Assembly (NCBI GenBank): GCA_028724485.1
Contig: JAQYCY010000068.1
Location: 1-35,708, forward strand
DNA: 35,708 nt
Reading direction: 5' to 3'
Source: Bacillota bacterium
GTDB taxonomy: Bacteria > Bacillota > Clostridia > Christensenellales > CAG-917
A program made the position numbers and the translations under genes. Below, piece after piece: positions 34,992 through 35,708 of this stretch; the first letter of the stretch is position 1, and each line of letters opens with the position of its first letter. The notes beneath the pieces are model-generated. The model worked only from the letters and a program-made list of their open reading frames with translations. It searched no databases and was not told where the DNA came from.

Positions 34992-35165
34992 CAAGTCATT
35001 GTAAATATGAAAAACGCCGTTATTGCATAAGCAGAAATTCAAACTGTTTGTCGTAGCGCATAAAGCTAAGCGTTGACAAGTCATTGTAAATATGAAAAAC
35101 GCCACTATTGCATAAGCAGAAATTTAAACTGTTTGTCGTAGCGCATAATGCTAAGCGTTGACAAG
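34980..35165. repeat. 85-bp tandem repeat, 2.2 copies; the first copy starts inside the last codons of the preceding CDS
   Basis: Unit starts (GCTAAGCGTTGACAAG) are at 34980, 35065 and 35150. Copies 1 and 2 differ at 4 of 85 positions. The third copy is truncated after 16 nt. Confidence 0.95.
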
Positions 35166-35187
35166 ATACAATAAAAAAAGATAAAAA

Positions 35188-35232
35188 GCACTCCAAAGTA
35201 GTAAGTTTACGTTCAACTGTGGGGTGCTTTTT
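35188..35232 (+). terminator. Candidate rho-independent terminator (large loop) closing the preceding gene plus repeat region
   Basis: GCACTCCA (35188-35195) pairs with TGGGGTGC (35220-35227, one G-U pair). The loop is 24 nt with a small inner GTAA/TTAC stem, and a T5 run follows. Confidence 0.5.
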
Positions 35233-35350
35233 AAAAGTAAATTTTTTTATTTTGATTTTCAAACGGTTTTTATTTTAGGATATAATTTAAAGCCTTTTGC
35301 ATATTGTGGCGATTTTTATTCGCTTTTACTTTTTTCGCTGTCATCGTTTA

Positions 35351-35380
35351 CCTAAAAACAAATTTCCTAAAAACAAATTT
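35351..35380. repeat. Perfect 15-bp tandem duplication
   Basis: CCTAAAAACAAATTT occurs at 35351-35365 and again at 35366-35380. Confidence 0.95.
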
Positions 35381-35484
35381 TCGATAGTCCGGTTTCCCAT
35401 AGAAGCAAAAAATGGTAAATAGCAGCTGAAAAATAAAAACGTTGTTGCGGTGTTTAAAGCCGAATTATGTTGCAAATAGAAAAA

Positions 35485-35513
35485 CACAAGATATAAATAA
35501 TCTTGTGCTTTTT
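35485..35513. terminator. Hairpin flanked by A-run and T-run (terminator usable on either strand)
   Basis: CACAAGA (35485-35491) pairs with TCTTGTG (35501-35507) around a 9-nt loop. AAAAA lies upstream and CTTTTTCATTTTT downstream. Confidence 0.55.
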
Positions 35514-35545
35514 CATTTTTGCAGTTTTTTCGCAATGTAAAGACT

Positions 35546-35708
35546 GTGGACTTGTCGATAACAAATACGCACCATTTACGCGGAAAATAAAGATTGCTTT
35601 TTCATAGAGCTGTGACGCGGCATTGGATGCAACGTCACGTTGCCGGTGGACTTGTCGATAACAAATACGCGCCTTTTACGCGGAAATAAAGATTGCTTTT
35701 CCATAGGG
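35546..35708. repeat. Direct repeat of about 64 bp with a 100-bp period, second copy cut by the window end
   Basis: GTGGACTTGTCGATAACAAATACGC... occurs at 35546-35609 and 35646-35708, differing by 4 substitutions and 1 single-base indel. The 36-nt unique segment between them contains a GTGACG...CGTCAC hairpin. Confidence 0.9.

Noticed and set aside
34987-35160. The TTGACA hexamer present in every 85-bp unit, considered as a -35 box of repeated promoters
   Set aside because: No TATAAT-like hexamer lies 16-18 nt downstream in the full units (AAAACG, AAAAAC). Only the truncated third unit has a weak ATAAAA.
34957-35165. Diversity-generating retroelement (VR at the gene 3' end plus a nearby TR copy)
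   Set aside because: Differences between the CDS-end copy and the downstream copies are not concentrated at adenines of the putative template (2 of 6 by my count). No reverse transcriptase gene is nearby, and a Rossmann-fold reductase is not a DGR-type target.
33974-35262. Minus-strand ORFs 33974-34627 (217 aa), 34515-35105 (196 aa) and 35020-35262 (80 aa)
   Set aside because: The first two are antisense to the well-supported PanE-family gene. The latter two only extend through the 85-bp repeat, so their duplicated peptide (...CQRLALCATTNSLNFCLCN...) is a repeat artefact. No SD is present.
34990-35560. The 8-mer GACAAGTC shared in opposite orientation between the 85-bp repeat and the terminal 100-bp-period repeat
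   Set aside because: Similarity does not extend beyond the 8-mer on either side. A chance occurrence is plausible within about 700 bp searched on both strands.
35546-35708. Possible start of a CRISPR array (repeat-unique-repeat layout)
   Set aside because: The repeated part (about 64 nt) is much longer than typical CRISPR repeats and longer than the 36-nt unique part. Adjacent copies differ by 4 substitutions and an indel. Only two copies are visible and no cas genes are in the window. This cannot be fully excluded, because the array is cut by the window end.

Overview
This is a core-genome window from a low-GC Firmicutes/Clostridia-type spore-former. About 30 genes are packed tightly, and all but one lie on the + strand. 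In order they are: murF (5'-truncated), ddl, eukaryote-type NADP isocitrate dehydrogenase, inorganic pyrophosphatase, a short ComEC/Rec2, a cytidylate-kinase-like protein, and a membrane/zinc-ribbon/tandem-YegP protein. Next come a NifU-like + GGGtGRT gene pair, a type IIA topoisomerase pair (ParE/ParC-like), DUF1846/UPF0371, oligoendopeptidase F, a lipoprotein and replicative helicase DnaB. The conserved Firmicutes block yqfC-yqfD-(7TM-HD)-ybeY-era-(yqzL)-recO follows, then a large lipoprotein, tsaC/sua5 (ywlC), ywlE-type LMW phosphatase, a minus-strand ferritin-like gene, secG, smpB, metY-metA and a ketopantoate-reductase-family gene. The window ends in at least 717 bp of ORF-free, repeat-dense sequence. 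I see no rRNA or tRNA genes, CRISPR arrays, transposases, integrases, phage genes or recognisable defence genes, and I cannot honestly point to a clear novel multi-gene system. The items most worth a second look are: (1) the self-contained, apparently highly expressed NifU-like/GGGtGRT pair of unknown function; (2) the repeat-rich non-coding tail, with an 85-bp tandem repeat growing out of the 3' end of the last gene, an orphan promoter-terminator pair, and a 100-bp-period repeat cut by the window edge; (3) the metY-metA leader, which has three 22-bp tandem repeats where an S-box or T-box would be expected; (4) the unusual TM/Zn-ribbon/2xYegP protein; (5) the tight coupling of DUF1846 to the topoisomerase operon; and (6) an untracked YqzL-like small ORF overlapping recO. 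All product calls come from motif recognition by eye. No database search was run.
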